Shown here: positions 1 through 12,173 of the stretch, in pieces | Layout of the letters: each line of letters begins with the position of its first letter | How positions within the stretch are numbered: position 1 is the stretch's first letter | NCBI GenBank assembly: GCA_963833425.1 | Contig: CAWHXP010000008.1 | Coordinates: 244,578-308,577 of the forward strand | Reading direction: 5' to 3' | From: an uncultured Methanosarcinaceae archaeon | GTDB lineage: Archaea > Halobacteriota > Methanosarcinia > Methanosarcinales > Methanosarcinaceae | Length of the DNA: 64,000 nt | Notes under the pieces: generated by a model | What the model saw: the letters and a program-made list of their open reading frames with translations, nothing else | What the model was told of the DNA's origin: nothing | The model's database searches: none | Position numbers and translations under genes: made by a program

Positions 1-13
1 CATTGCAGTAAAT

Positions 14-1218
14 TTAGAGCATGTATTGTATATCGAAACACGCACTTGCATAAGTAAATATCATCTTTTGTAAATCTGATGCTTTGAGCTTAAACCGTAT
101 CATTGAAGCGAAAATATTGATAGCTTCTTCAGCATGAAGACCCAGAATATGAGCTCCCATTATGCGGTCATTTGCTTCATCAAGAATTATCTTTGAAGCC
201 GCAAATTCTATTCCTACTGCCTTTGTAGTTTGCCAGTTGCTCATATCCCGGAAATTTCTCCCTGAAGTTTTGCAACATAAGTAAGCTGCATATCCTCTAA
301 TGCACAGTCCCCTCCTGCATAGATGCGGGTATTTGAGGTCCGCATGTGCTTATCGACTACAATAGCTCCCTTTTAGATCTTAACCCCTGCCTTTTCAAGG
401 CATAAATCCTCTTCATCCGGAACACGGCTTGCCCAATGCACTACCATATCAGCTTGAAAGCTCTGAATTTCGGATCCAAATTCAGTTTTGACCAGCAAGC
501 CGTCATTTTTTTTTCGACCGAAATTACTGGTTTGTTTGTAAGGATTTTGATCCCTACAGCTTCGGATGCTTTTGTAAGTAAATCCACCATATTAGAATCA
601 AAGGATCTCAGGAGGCGTTCACTTCTATGCAAAATTGTAATATCAGAACCAGCTCTTCGCGCAATGTGAGCGAACTCTAGAGATATGTGACCACATCCAA
701 TGAAAATAATTCTTTCAGGAAGTTTTTCGGCTTCCAGAAACTCCTCACTTGTGGTGATGCGTCCTTCCCCGGGAATGTTGAGTTTTCGCGGCTTTGAATC
801 TGTAGCAAGAAAAATAAACTTCCCTTTAAGCTTGTCTTACCCCACCATTATAGAGTTATTGACTCTTAAAATGAGCTCTTCTGTGATATGTATCAATTCC
901 TATGTCCAAATAATGCCTCTCGATTTTCCTAGGACATTCTTCCAGAAATGTCTTATTGAACATTATCAGAGAAGACCAGTTAATTTTTAACGAAGTTTGC
1001 GTGCCTGCCCCTTTCCCGATCAGTCGATTATTCCAATAGTTACTTCGGCGATAATCTGTGAACATCTTTTTTGTATCACATCTTCCAGGAGTAGAAATAC
1101 ACCCATATTTTCTCTAGTCAAGAATGGCTATTTTTAATCCAGAACGCGCAACTTTATCCACAAAAGCTCTGCCAGCCGTCCCGGATCCGATAACTACAAT
1201 ATCATAATCATTTTCCAT
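14..1218 (-). pseudogene. Pyridine nucleotide-disulfide oxidoreductase (glutathione reductase/dihydrolipoamide dehydrogenase-like), multiply frameshifted
   Basis: ATG at 1218 behind GGGAGGG reads MENDYDIVVIGSGTAG (FAD-binding GxGxxG). Later fragments include IIFIGCG (NAD-binding) and the C-terminal dimerisation region IMGAHILGLHAEEAINIF; the frames are broken. Confidence 0.85.
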
Positions 1219-1676
1219 AATTTCCCTCCCTTTTTATCTCCCCACTTCCTGAAAGACAGATTATAAGATTTATTGGATCGTAATACTTTTCATACTGATC
1301 AAGATGAAGTATATCCTGTATTCTGAAGGATATCAGAATTTGCTTGCGAACTAATTTATTACTTTTCGAAGACAAATCAGTTATAAGTTTCCAATCAAAA
1401 ATTTCTAAGAAATCTCTAAAAGAATTTTTGATTTATTTCATCCATGAAACTTTATTTAAGGGTGAAGGTGTAAGCAGCATACATGAATTTTTATAAACTT
1501 TGTTATAATAAAGATGCCTTGCATACATCCACACAAAAAAATGTCAGGTTCAAGATCGTTGCTGGAAGCAAGAACCATAAACAGTACTCAAAATTGCGCT
1601 GTAGAACCCCGCTACAAGCGAAAGGGTATTTCTCACTACTTTCCTGATATATTTTTTTACTGAAAGTCAATTTACA

Positions 1677-2716
1677 CTACTTTTCATTTTCTACTATATC
1701 TGTTGGACCAATCAATCTGGCTAACCATTTTGTGTCCTCAAAACTCTCAAGTAGGATCTTCAAAACAATTGTAAGAGGTATGGACAAAATCACACCTACT
1801 GCTCCAAGTACAAAATTCCAGTATATAAGAGAAAGAAACAAAATGCCTGGAGATAATTTCAGTCCTTTTCCTGCAAGCGAAGGAAATACTACATTTTCCG
1901 CAAGCATACTGACAATCAATACAACGACAATAACTGCAAGAGCACCTATAGGCCCATACTTAAACAGTGCAAGCATTGTGGGTGGAATAGAAGCCAGAAC
2001 GAGACCAATGTAGGGTAATATAGCTGAGCAGGAATATGAGAACTCCCCAGAGAATCGCAAAGTCGATGTCTCCTACAAGAAGAGCAATGGTAATTCCAAC
2101 AGATGTGATAAGGTTTGTTTCGGCCCTTATAGCCAAAAAACCTACCAGATTTTTGTCAAATTTACTTATGCTCATCTGAAGCTTGGATTGAGTTTCAAAT
2201 TTTGAAGTTATTTTTTTAGGAGTATTGGCAGCGTCTATCAACAAGAACGCTGTTGCAAGTATTATAATTCCAGCTGTTGTACCAATATTCACAAGTCCAC
2301 TAATACTGCTTCTCATAAGAGAGATCAGGATTGATGTAATACTACGTAAAGTTGAATTCAAGGAAATGTACTCTTGTGAAGGAACATAACGTGTAAAAGT
2401 ATCTATGAACCCCATTAAATTAGTTTGGTAGATAGGGGTCTGGTTTCCAAATTGGATTGCACCTTTTATAACAATCACACTGAAAATCGCGACCATGAAA
2501 GCAAATAAAAGAATTACTAGAAGAATGCTCAGTCCACCTGGTATCCCCTTTTTTTTGAGCAAGAAGATAAGTGGGCTAAAGATCAAAGCAGCAAAAATGG
2601 AGAAAAAAAATGGGTGTGAGGATAGGAGCTAGCTCCCGCATTCCAAGCGTCAGGATTACAGCAAAAGTACTGTATACTAAAATCCTACCAGGTATAGAAT
2701 TGCTATTAAAATTCAT
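1677..2716 (-). pseudogene. AI-2E family transporter, frameshifted; inverted paralog of 9812..10879
   Basis: Long near-identical stretches with the intact copy. Frameshifts in the A-run near 2603-2610 and an extra base near 2018 (CAGCTATATTACCC versus CAGCTATATACCC). Confidence 0.9.
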
Positions 2717-2745
2717 GAATTGCAACTCCTTTAAGTATCAATCAT

Positions 2746-4071
2746 TTATTGCACAGTAATATGAGTTCTTTTTTTCTGACCCATACCATTTCGTTTACTG
2801 TGACAGCGTTTGAATTTTTTTCCACTCCCGCAAGGGCACGGATCATTTCGTCCGGCATTAGCAAAAGCCTCTTCCATAGTCAGAACTCTCATAACTTCCG
2901 ATGCAGGGTGACCCCTACGTATCAATTCTACGAGAATCTGCATCGGGAAATCAATGTGATGAAAAAAAGCTTTCCATCCATCACAGAGATAATTCATACC
3001 CGATTCTCCAATAGAAGTGGTTAAGAAACGGTTCTTGGGACATTCACCTCTGCAAGCGAAGAGCACGTCGCATTCGCAGCATGCCTTCGGAAGAGAATCA
3101 CGCTTATCCTGTCCAAACTTGTACTGCCTTTCGGAACATGCTAGCTCAATAATTTCTTTTTCCATGATATTGCCTAACAGATAGTTGGGCTCAACAAAAT
3201 GATCACAAGAGTAAAGATCCCCGTTGTGCTCCAGAGCAAGCCCCATTCCACAAGTTTCCTCAAAAACACACATCCCTGGAGGCATATCAAGCCATTTGAG
3301 TGCAGAAGCCTCAAAAGTTTGCACGAATATTTTCCCCACGTCATTTCTCACCCACTCATCGAAAATGAGGCTCAGAAAATTGCCAAACTGTTCAGGCAGT
3401 ACTGAACGATTAGAAATCTTGTCCTCTTTTTGGTAAATGGAATTCCCCTCCTCATTAATTCGCTCTACAACTGGAATAAACTGAATCCAATTTGTTCTTA
3501 TTTCGTCCCTCATAAAGCGGTAGACTTCAAGCGGGTAGTCGGCATTGATCCGATTAACTGTGGTTAGGACGTTGTATTCAACATTGTGTTTTTGCAACAG
3601 ACGAAGTCCTCGCATGACTCTGTCGAAAGTCCCCTCTCCCTTTTTGTCCACTCTATAGGAGTCATGCAGTTCTTGCGGGCCATCGATGCTGATTCCTACG
3701 AGAAAATTGTTTTCCTTGAAGAATCGGCACCATTCGTCATCAAGGAGTGTACCGTTGGTTTGCATCGTATTTTCGAAAGTCATTCCAGGCTTTCTGTACC
3801 TTTCCTGCAGTTCAATGGCACGCCGATAAAATTCAATACCCATAAGCGTGGGTTCACCCCCCTGCCAGGCAACTGTTACCTGCTGGGCGCTGTGAGCTGC
3901 GATAAGCTGTAGGATCTAGTTATCAAGCACTTCGTCTGACATGCGAAACGTGCTGCTGGGATAAAGCAATTCCTTGTCAAGAAAAAAGCAGTATGAGCAT
4001 TTAAGGTTGCAAATTGATCCTACTGGCTTTACCAGTACGTGAATGCGTGTAGGTAGATAGTTTTGTGCCAT
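2746..4071 (-). CDS. Anaerobic sulfatase maturase (radical SAM/SPASM, C-terminal SEC-C motif) with one in-frame TAG at 3916-3918
   Basis: CNLKCSYC radical SAM motif in the upstream ORF; the frame continues VLDN*ILQLIAAHSAQQVTVAWQGGEPTLMG into the 365-aa ORF with SPASM cysteines (YSCDH, CCECDVLFACRGECPK) and GRNDPCPCGSGKKFKRCH. Confidence 0.9.
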
Positions 4072-4829
4072 TTTCACTTCCTTTGCAAGGATTGATGTTA
4101 ATATCATTCTTCCTATCTTTGCAATAATAGCCTGAAATGTAGCATCAGGACTCTAAACTGGCTTGCTATGTATTTTATTGACATGATATATATAAACCAG
4201 TTTAAACTTCCCCATCCTCTATCAGCCCCAGTGTCCATCCAATATCAAGCTATCGAGTTTACCATTAAACTTCCAGTAAGGTTGGAGGTCAAGTTCAACG
4301 GTATCCTCCTGAATAGAAAGCCGAATTCAGGTCTGCAGATTCTGAGAGCATAGCCTTACGCGTCCAGATTGCGTCCTCATAATCTTGACCACGAAGATGT
4401 CCTTTACTCTGAACTGGAGTGATATGCAGTAATGAGTCCTGACACCTACTATGATTTCAGTGAGCATTTGTTCGCCGCATTCCGTGAGTTGTCATTGCAA
4501 TACGCGACTTTCCTGCTTGAAAAGATAGCCTGCTGCATAATTGACTGTTTGCACCTGGTCGACGGTATTAGTGCCGTTGATTGTAGGTTTCCCAACTTAG
4601 AGTTAGGAGATTCGTCGTGTCCTGTAACAGCTCGGTGCCAAACATAGCCATACCATTCGCGGGTTTTGCAGGCAGCTCATCTGCTCTGCTATCTCTATCT
4701 AAAAGAACGAGAGTCTATTTCAGTAAAAGCGATGTGCTGCCCAGCCGTCTTTGGTGTGAATATGTCGCAAGTGACGGGTACTAACACCATATTGTAGAAG
4801 TATATCTTGGAAACGTTGACGACTTTTAC

Positions 4830-5205
4830 TCAGAGAATCGTTCCGCTCTCCCATTGTGACGTTGCTTACAACACAGTACGCTACAGGCCTTTTTCACGTT
4901 TCACATGTATTTTTTGGTATTCGTGACTGTTCACCATCTCCAGAAAGACTTTGCGCGAAGGATACTCTACCAGCACAATGGCATCCCATATATCATCGCC
5001 CACAAGCAATTCGGCCGTTTTACCGGTATAGACTGCGTGCTCCATGTGCATCAAGTATCTGCGAGACGCTTTTCACGTACCGATCGTATGCTTCTGATCC
5101 TCCTTCATACTTGAACTTCAGCATGTGCAGTTCAACAATGATGCCCTCATATGGATTTGAGGCATGGGTACGCAACGCTTCATCATTTGGTGCAATTGAA
5201 TTCAT
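4830..5205 (-). pseudogene. DUF1330 family protein, frameshifted
   Basis: MNSIAPN...MLKFK..GSEAYDRY, then after a frameshift VYTGKTAELLVGDDIWDAIVLVEYPSRKVFLEMVNSHEYQKIHVKREKGL*, a typical DUF1330 pattern. Confidence 0.75.
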
Positions 5206-6228
5206 ATAAGACTACTTTAGTTGATAGCTCTAAGGGACGAAAAAGGCCCAAAAAATTAGGGATCTTCGTCATACTCTCTTCATCTGGTTGTTTGAATCAA
5301 TTTCATTCGTTTTTCCGAATCATAACGTCTTCATGATTTATCTGGTAGTGCTCTGGAAGGAGTTTACTGTAACTGAAAGTCCAATGGTTCTGACCAATAA
5401 ATTTTCCAGGTCGCATTGGGCTGATTTTTTCAACAAAGTGCTGCACCAGCAAAAGAAAAACAAATCAATTTCTGACGCATAACACTCGAAGCATCAATGA
5501 GTAAGCCTCTGGAGAGGCTTCATTTCTGGCATATAAAATTTCATATTCAGGAAAAAAATGATTTTCGGTGTAATTCCGAAACTTCTTTGTTTTCTATGAG
5601 TCACCTAACTTGCAGCTTAAAACGTAGTACAGTATTTTCTCTCCGCGCCCTTATGAAGATACAGGCCCGCTCTTCCCAGAGCCATAGGCTGGTAGAGCCA
5701 GCCGTAGGCTCAATTGATGGAGCTCACTTTGGTGAGCATCGAGGTCAGTAACTTTTCTCCTATTCCGCTCCCTGCACCAGGCCAAGTTTGCTGGATTCTC
5801 TTTGGATTAAGATTCACCAACAAGTCCATGTATACTAATGTACTGGAATATTTAGTAATACTGATTAAAAATCTATTATTTCCAATTCATGACGCTCCTT
5901 TATTCTTGAAACTTTGGGGATGAGATAACGGCCATTTAGGCTTTAGATTGGCTAAAAAAAGATTTGGACAAAAAAAATCGAAAATGATTAAGGTGCGAAA
6001 TGTCTAAAAATGTTATTTTTCATGCTAAATATTTGTCATTCAAGTTGGAAAATTTCTATACATGAAATTTAGAGTTGTGTCCATTAATCGTTAATCAGTA
6101 TCAAAAGGAGTGGAGTTAATAAAGAAAATTAATGCTAAAGAATAGATGCGTCACAGAAAAGACAGAGAATATTGGCTATAATGAAATCCAGAGTGTTAAA
6201 GCGTATTGTAAGGCTTCTTAGCCCTATT

Positions 6229-6672
6229 TTAATTCAGCTTGTATTCCAAAGCTTCCTTGCTGAGGAAATAACCAAGAACTGTTCTTATCAAAACGATGGT
6301 GCCCAGAACGATTAGTTTTTCCTGTGTAGGATGCTTTGTTGTCTCCAATACGTCGGCTGCAATAAAAAACTCAAGCCCGAATACAATTTTATCCGTAAGC
6401 TCTTTTCTCATTTGCTGGTAACTATAAGATTTCTTCAAAATTTCACAAAAAACGATGCCTAAGATAGCCTGGAGTCCTCCGTATATGATAAGCAACGACC
6501 CTGCTGAATTGAATAGTAAAGAGGATACATTCAAAATTAAGATTTCCAAATCTTCTAATGTCCTTTTATCATCCCCATAAAAGCTAAATAGTGAAATTCG
6601 ACAAAAAATCCCACTCATTATATATTTCCTTGTGATATATACTCTTTCAACATCTATTTTGGAGCGTTCCAA
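6229..6672 (-). CDS. DUF1622 family membrane protein (true start probably downstream of the ORF start)
   Basis: Signature IVFGLEFFIAADVLET...LGTIVLIRTVLGYFL. Confidence 0.8.
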   Translation of the reverse strand: MERSKIDVERVYITRKYIMSGIFCRISLFSFYGDDKRTLEDLEILILNVSSLLFNSAGSLLIIYGGLQAILGIVFCEILKKSYSYQQMRKELTDKIVFGLEFFIAADVLETTKHPTQEKLIVLGTIVLIRTVLGYFLSKEALEYKLN

Positions 6673-6702
6673 AATGTCGATTGGAGATCGTAGGGAATAG
6701 AT

Positions 6703-9057
6703 ATGTCGTTGAAAGAGTATAAATTTGGAACCACTTTTCCAGGTGTAATAGAGCGCACAGTGGACGAGTCAGAACCAGCCTGGCCGGAACCACTGCGTGC
6801 TAAAGAGGACACGCCTAACATATTGTTTATTTTACTGGATGACATAGGATTTGGACAATTGGGTTGCTATGGCAGTCCTATTGAGACGCCTCATCTAGAC
6901 AGTTTGGCTGCGGATGGTCTCGCTTACAGTAACATGCATACTACGGCTCTGTGCTCTCCTAGTCGTTCGTGCATGCTTACTGGCCGAAACCACCACTCTA
7001 ACAACATGGCCTGCATCACAGAAGGCTCAACTGGCTATCCAGGCTATAATGGTAATATACCTTTTGAGAATGGGTTTTTGTCTGAGATGCTTCTGCAGCA
7101 CGGTTACAACACCTATGCAATTGGCAAATGGCATCTGACGCCCTCAGAACAGGTTTCTGCAGCAGGACCTTATGACCGATGGCCTTTGGGAAGAGGTTTT
7201 GAGCGCTTTTACGGTTTTTTAGGAGGTGATACAAACCAGTATTATCCTGAACTGATCTATGATAATCATTCCATAGCCCCTCCCAAAACTCCAGAAGAGG
7301 GCTACACCTTGAATGAGGATATAGTGAATAGGGCTATCCAATTCATTGCTGATTCCAAACAAATCGCACCCAGCAAACCTTTTTTTATGTACTTCTGTCC
7401 AGGTGCCACGCATGCTCCTCATCATGTTCCTAAGGAATGGGCAGATAAATATAGCGGTAAGTTCGATAGTGGTTGGGGCGCTTATCGAGAGAAGACATTA
7501 GCCCGGCAGAAGGAACTGGGTATTGTCCCAAAAGAAACCAAGCTATCTCGCCATGATCCTGATGTTAAACCTTGGGACAAATGCTCCCCTGAGGAGAAGA
7601 AACTATATGCCCGTATGATGGAAGTCTTTGCCGGATTCCTAGAACACACAGATTATCACATTGGTCGGTTGTTGCAGTTTCTAAAAGATATTAATGAGTT
7701 CAAAAATACGTTGATCATGGTAATTTCTGATAACGGGGCAAGCTCCGAAGGAGGTCCTACGGGATCAATTAATGAGAACAAGTTTTTCAACAATGTGCCT
7801 GAGTCTCTAGAGGAAAATCTCGCAGCCTTGGATAAACTTGGGGGACCAGAGACCTTCAACCATTATGCTTGGGGCTGGACCTGGGCTGGAAACACACCCT
7901 TTCGCCGCTGGAAAAGAGAGACCTACCGTGGTGGTGTCAGCGATCCCTTTATTGTCCATTGGCCAAAGGGAATAAAAGCTAAAGGAGAAATTCGAACTCA
8001 ATATGCCCACGCTATCGATATGGTACCTACAGTACTAGAGTGTCTGGGTATTGAACCTCCTACGGTTATAAAAGGTGTAACTCAATCTCCTATCGAAGGC
8101 GTGAGTTTTGCACACACTCTCGACGATGCTAATGCACCAACCAAGCACCACACCCAATACTTTGAGATGATGGGCCACCGCTCCCTGTATCATGATGGCT
8201 GGCGTGCCGTGTGTCCGTGGCCTGGTCCGTCGTTCACAGAAGCAGGTAAATTTTTCGGGAAACCGATCACAGCAGATATGTTGACCGAGATGGATGCAAA
8301 AAGCTGGGAGCTTTACCACATTGAAAAGGATTGGGCAGAGAATGAAAATATTTCCGCAAATAATCGTCCTAAGCTGATCGAGATGGTTGCTACCTGGTAT
8401 GCAGAGGCGGGGAAATATAATGTACTACCTATCGATGGTCGTGGAGTTCAGCGTGTTGCCGATGAGAGGCCAAGTATAGCGATTAATCGAACTCACTACA
8501 CCTATTATCCTGGAACTCAGGGAATTCCCACAAATGTAGCAGTCAAAGTTCTCAACCGTTCGCACAGTATTATTGCCGATGTTGAGATCCCTGCAGGAGG
8601 TGCTGAAGGAATCTTGCTCTCTCATGGGGGTATCGATGGGGGCTTTTCATTCTATGTTAAAGACGGAATGCTTCACTGGGTGCATAACTATGTAGCGAGT
8701 GCTTTCTATCATGTAGACTCCAGTGATAATATTCCTGAAGGACGACATCAATTCGGCTTCGAGTTCGAGGTGACCGGTCAGCCAGATTTTACTAATGGCA
8801 AGGGCTCACCTGGAATAGCTAGGCTCTTTATAGATGGGAAGTTAGTCGGTCAAATTGATGTACCTGTGACTACTCCATTTGCATTAGGGTTAACTGGTGG
8901 AGTAACCTGTGGCTCAGCTCATAGATCACCAGTCACACCAGACTACAGTCCCCCCTTTGAGTTCACAGGCGAGATCCATAGTGTGACTGTGGAAGTGGGC
9001 AACCATCTGATAGAGGACAAGGAAGCTGAGATGCGTATTGTCATGGCCCGGCAATAA
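6703..9057 (+). CDS. Arylsulfatase (Cys-type formylglycine sulfatase) with a C-terminal beta-rich domain
   Basis: PNILFILLDD, ALCSPSRSCMLTG (CxPxR), GKWHL, THAPH and SDNG motifs; intact 784 aa with no obvious signal peptide. Confidence 0.95.
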   Translation: MSLKEYKFGTTFPGVIERTVDESEPAWPEPLRAKEDTPNILFILLDDIGFGQLGCYGSPIETPHLDSLAADGLAYSNMHTTALCSPSRSCMLTGRNHHSNNMACITEGSTGYPGYNGNIPFENGFLSEMLLQHGYNTYAIGKWHLTPSEQVSAAGPYDRWPLGRGFERFYGFLGGDTNQYYPELIYDNHSIAPPKTPEEGYTLNEDIVNRAIQFIADSKQIAPSKPFFMYFCPGATHAPHHVPKEWADKYSGKFDSGWGAYREKTLARQKELGIVPKETKLSRHDPDVKPWDKCSPEEKKLYARMMEVFAGFLEHTDYHIGRLLQFLKDINEFKNTLIMVISDNGASSEGGPTGSINENKFFNNVPESLEENLAALDKLGGPETFNHYAWGWTWAGNTPFRRWKRETYRGGVSDPFIVHWPKGIKAKGEIRTQYAHAIDMVPTVLECLGIEPPTVIKGVTQSPIEGVSFAHTLDDANAPTKHHTQYFEMMGHRSLYHDGWRAVCPWPGPSFTEAGKFFGKPITADMLTEMDAKSWELYHIEKDWAENENISANNRPKLIEMVATWYAEAGKYNVLPIDGRGVQRVADERPSIAINRTHYTYYPGTQGIPTNVAVKVLNRSHSIIADVEIPAGGAEGILLSHGGIDGGFSFYVKDGMLHWVHNYVASAFYHVDSSDNIPEGRHQFGFEFEVTGQPDFTNGKGSPGIARLFIDGKLVGQIDVPVTTPFALGLTGGVTCGSAHRSPVTPDYSPPFEFTGEIHSVTVEVGNHLIEDKEAEMRIVMARQ

Positions 9058-9811
9058 GAATTGAAAAGTTATATTGACGGCTTAGAATGACTATCAGGAT
9101 ACAGAAATCTTGTTTCTACAGCTAGCAATAGCCAGTCTAACCCGATAACAAATTAATTTAAGGAACTGTAAAATAGAAACTTCAGGAGAAATTAAATCCA
9201 CTAACTAGCGAGAAGATAATACCCACACTCGGTGTGAAGTCCAATACCTTCAATTATTCGCAGGCCTATTTGACCGTGGCTCTCCCGCGGATAATATGGC
9301 CTAAGAGCCATATTCAGGCGAACTTTGTAAACAACTAGTTTCTGGTATTAACACCCACATTAAGACTACATACAAGACTAGGAGCTCCAAGCAACTACAA
9401 ACTATACTTCTAAGTGGCTGTATTTGGAATTTGATACCATGAAATCAAACTGGAAGACTATAATATTGCAGCCAAGAATCCTATTTGTTGACTTGGTTGT
9501 TTTTTATTTATCTTACTTTCTATGTGTCTTCGGCATAGATACCATTAGTTCGGTTAAGATACGATATGTAAGGAGTGTAATATTTTTTTCTGCTTTTTTC
9601 TGTAAGCATGTAAACATAAATTGAGACGAATCAATTATCGTAGTAGCCGTCTTGGCTTTTAAACAGATTCCTTCACCGAGCATAAATGAAAAACTCTTAA
9701 GGTGGGTGTAGATAAAAACACTGAAGGCATGAACCAATCAAATAATGCACAAAATTGTTCTAAAAGAAAAATTGCAGCTTATTGTAAACCTATGAAGTGG
9801 AGTCGCAAATC

Positions 9812-10879
9812 ATGAACATTAACAGCAGTTCGGTACCAGCCAGAATCTTAGTTTATAGCACTTTTATTGTTATCCTGACTATCGGAATGAAGGAAATAGC
9901 TCCCATACTTATAACTATTACTTTCTCTGTTTTTGCTGCACTGTTTTTTACACCTCATATTCGTTGGCTCAAAAGAAAGGGGATACCAGGTGGACTGAGC
10001 GTTCTTCTTGTAATTATTTTATTTGCTTTAATTGTCGCAATTTTCAGCATTTTTGTTGTAAAAGGTGCAATCCAATTTGAAAGCCAGATCCCTATCTACC
10101 AAACTAATTTAATGGGATTTATAGATACTCTTACACGTTACATTCCTTCACAAGAGTATGTTTCCTTGAATTCGATATTACGCGATATTGCATCAACTAC
10201 GATCTCCCTGATGTCGAGTATTATTAATGGATTTTTGAATGCAGGGACAACAGCTGGAATTATAATCCTTACAACAGCGTTCTTGTTGATAGACGCTGCC
10301 AATACTCCGAAAAAAATAACTTCAAAATTTGAAACTCAATCCAAGCTTCAGATGAGCATAAGTAAATTTGACAAAAATCTGATAGGGTTTCTTGTCATAA
10401 GAGCAGAAACAAATCTTATCACAGCTGTCGGAATTACTATCTTTCTCCTCATAGGAGGCATTGACTTTGCGATTCTCTGGGGAGTTCTCATATTCCTGCT
10501 CAGCTATATACCCTACATTGGTCTCGTTCTAGCTTCTATTCCACCCACAATGCTTGCACTGTTTAAGTATGGACCTATAGGTGCTCTTGCAGTTATTGTC
10601 GTTGTATTGATTGTCAGTATGCTTGCGGAAAATGTAGTATTTCCTTCACTTGCAGGAAAAGGATTGAAATTATCTCCAGGCGTTTTGTTTCTTTCTCTTA
10701 TATACTGGAATTATGTTCTTGGAACTGCAGGTGTGCTGCTTTCCATACCGCTTACAGTGGTTTTGAAGATCGTATTTGAAAGTTTTGATGAAACAAAATG
10801 GCTAGCTAGATTGATGGGATCAACTGAAGAAGAGGAGAATGAAAAAACTGCGAGTAAGGAAAATAAAATGGTGACCTAG
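9812..10879 (+). CDS. AI-2E family transporter
   Basis: Polytopic membrane protein with FLLSYIPYIG, ENVVFP and GVLLSIPLT motifs; ATG at 9812 behind GGAG. Confidence 0.9.
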   Translation: MNINSSSVPARILVYSTFIVILTIGMKEIAPILITITFSVFAALFFTPHIRWLKRKGIPGGLSVLLVIILFALIVAIFSIFVVKGAIQFESQIPIYQTNLMGFIDTLTRYIPSQEYVSLNSILRDIASTTISLMSSIINGFLNAGTTAGIIILTTAFLLIDAANTPKKITSKFETQSKLQMSISKFDKNLIGFLVIRAETNLITAVGITIFLLIGGIDFAILWGVLIFLLSYIPYIGLVLASIPPTMLALFKYGPIGALAVIVVVLIVSMLAENVVFPSLAGKGLKLSPGVLFLSLIYWNYVLGTAGVLLSIPLTVVLKIVFESFDETKWLARLMGSTEEEENEKTASKENKMVT

Positions 10880-12141
10880 ATCAATGAGAAGGTACTCTAG
10901 AACTGTTTGCTCAGATAAAAAGGCCAATTAAATCCGATCTTTTTTTCTTGGCTTTTTTGATTTCAATTCTTAATGTGCCATCATCATCTCACACAAAAGG
11001 CTGATAAAAAGGGTAGCTCTATTGGAGATATAGATGATGATAAATTAGTAAATAATAATGTGAAATTATATTTCGCTGTTGCAAAGCAAAAGGAGTACTC
11101 TAGAACTGAAATTAGCTTAATTGCATTTGTACCAATGTTCCTCTATACTTTTTTGCAAAGCTTCAGTTTCTGATCATTCTGCTTGTAATTGAATTTTTTT
11201 GATGGTGGCATTTTCAATAAGCGAGTCTTTTCGATACCATGCCTTATTCTACAACAAATATGGGAATTATTCAGCCTGGACAAAAATAATACACATATCC
11301 ATTTAATGAAATTCAATGAGCAAATTTCGGTGGGCTGAAATTCCTAAACCATTGACGATGGATCATATTTCATATTTTTCATCAGATGGAACTCAAAAGT
11401 GTTTATTGGTTGAAACAGTTACTGATGTTATATTATAGTCAATATGATTAGCGACTGTCACAAGCAATTTAAAGGAGCTCGCAAACTCTGATTATTCTTC
11501 AGTTTAAGCATCATTGAATCCTTTCGCCCAATAGCGGATAGGAACTGATTGTATTGAGTACTAAGATTATACTGTAGGGCATCTACATCTGAAGCAGTGA
11601 GTAGGGCTGTGCCAGTATTCGCTTTGTAAATTAAAATACTTTTGGAGCTAGAATTTGTTGCTCAAAGCACCTTTCATTTTCAATAGCTCAGTTTTCATAA
11701 TATAAGCCTTGATTGATTAAAGTTTCAATATTTCAATCCTAAAAAGGTACCAAATCGCTTATTAGCTGGCCTTTCCATAGAACATCTGGCCAGTATATCA
11801 GATGGGTAATGGCGACTAAAATAATAAAGGGCTAGGCATCTGAAAGGCCCAAGGTAAAGTTTTCATACGGTGGCATTGGGAGAATCTAACTACCATAAAA
11901 TTGATCATAGCATCTCTAAATTAATTGGATAGTTAAAAAGCATGGTGTACCAGGTGGGATTAGTTGCGTAGACTGAATGTTTGGTATATGTTTGGGTGAC
12001 CTTAGTAGGGATCTTTGGCTGTATTTTTAATAAAGGTGGTTACAGCTCTATTTGTTAGTTAGACGGAAGGATTACAATCTAGCTGGAGTAAAGAAAAAAG
12101 CACCATAAAGTATTTAACTAACGAGGTAAAATTTTTGTATA

Positions 12142-12157
12142 ACTGACTAATCAGTCA
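12142..12157. promoter_or_regulatory. Putative TetR operator (ACTGA-N4-TCAGT) upstream of tetR
   Basis: Inverted repeat about 16 nt upstream of the ATG; shares a TGA-N4-TCA core with the site at 12770. Confidence 0.6.
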
Positions 12158-12173
12158 ATAATCGAGATAATGC

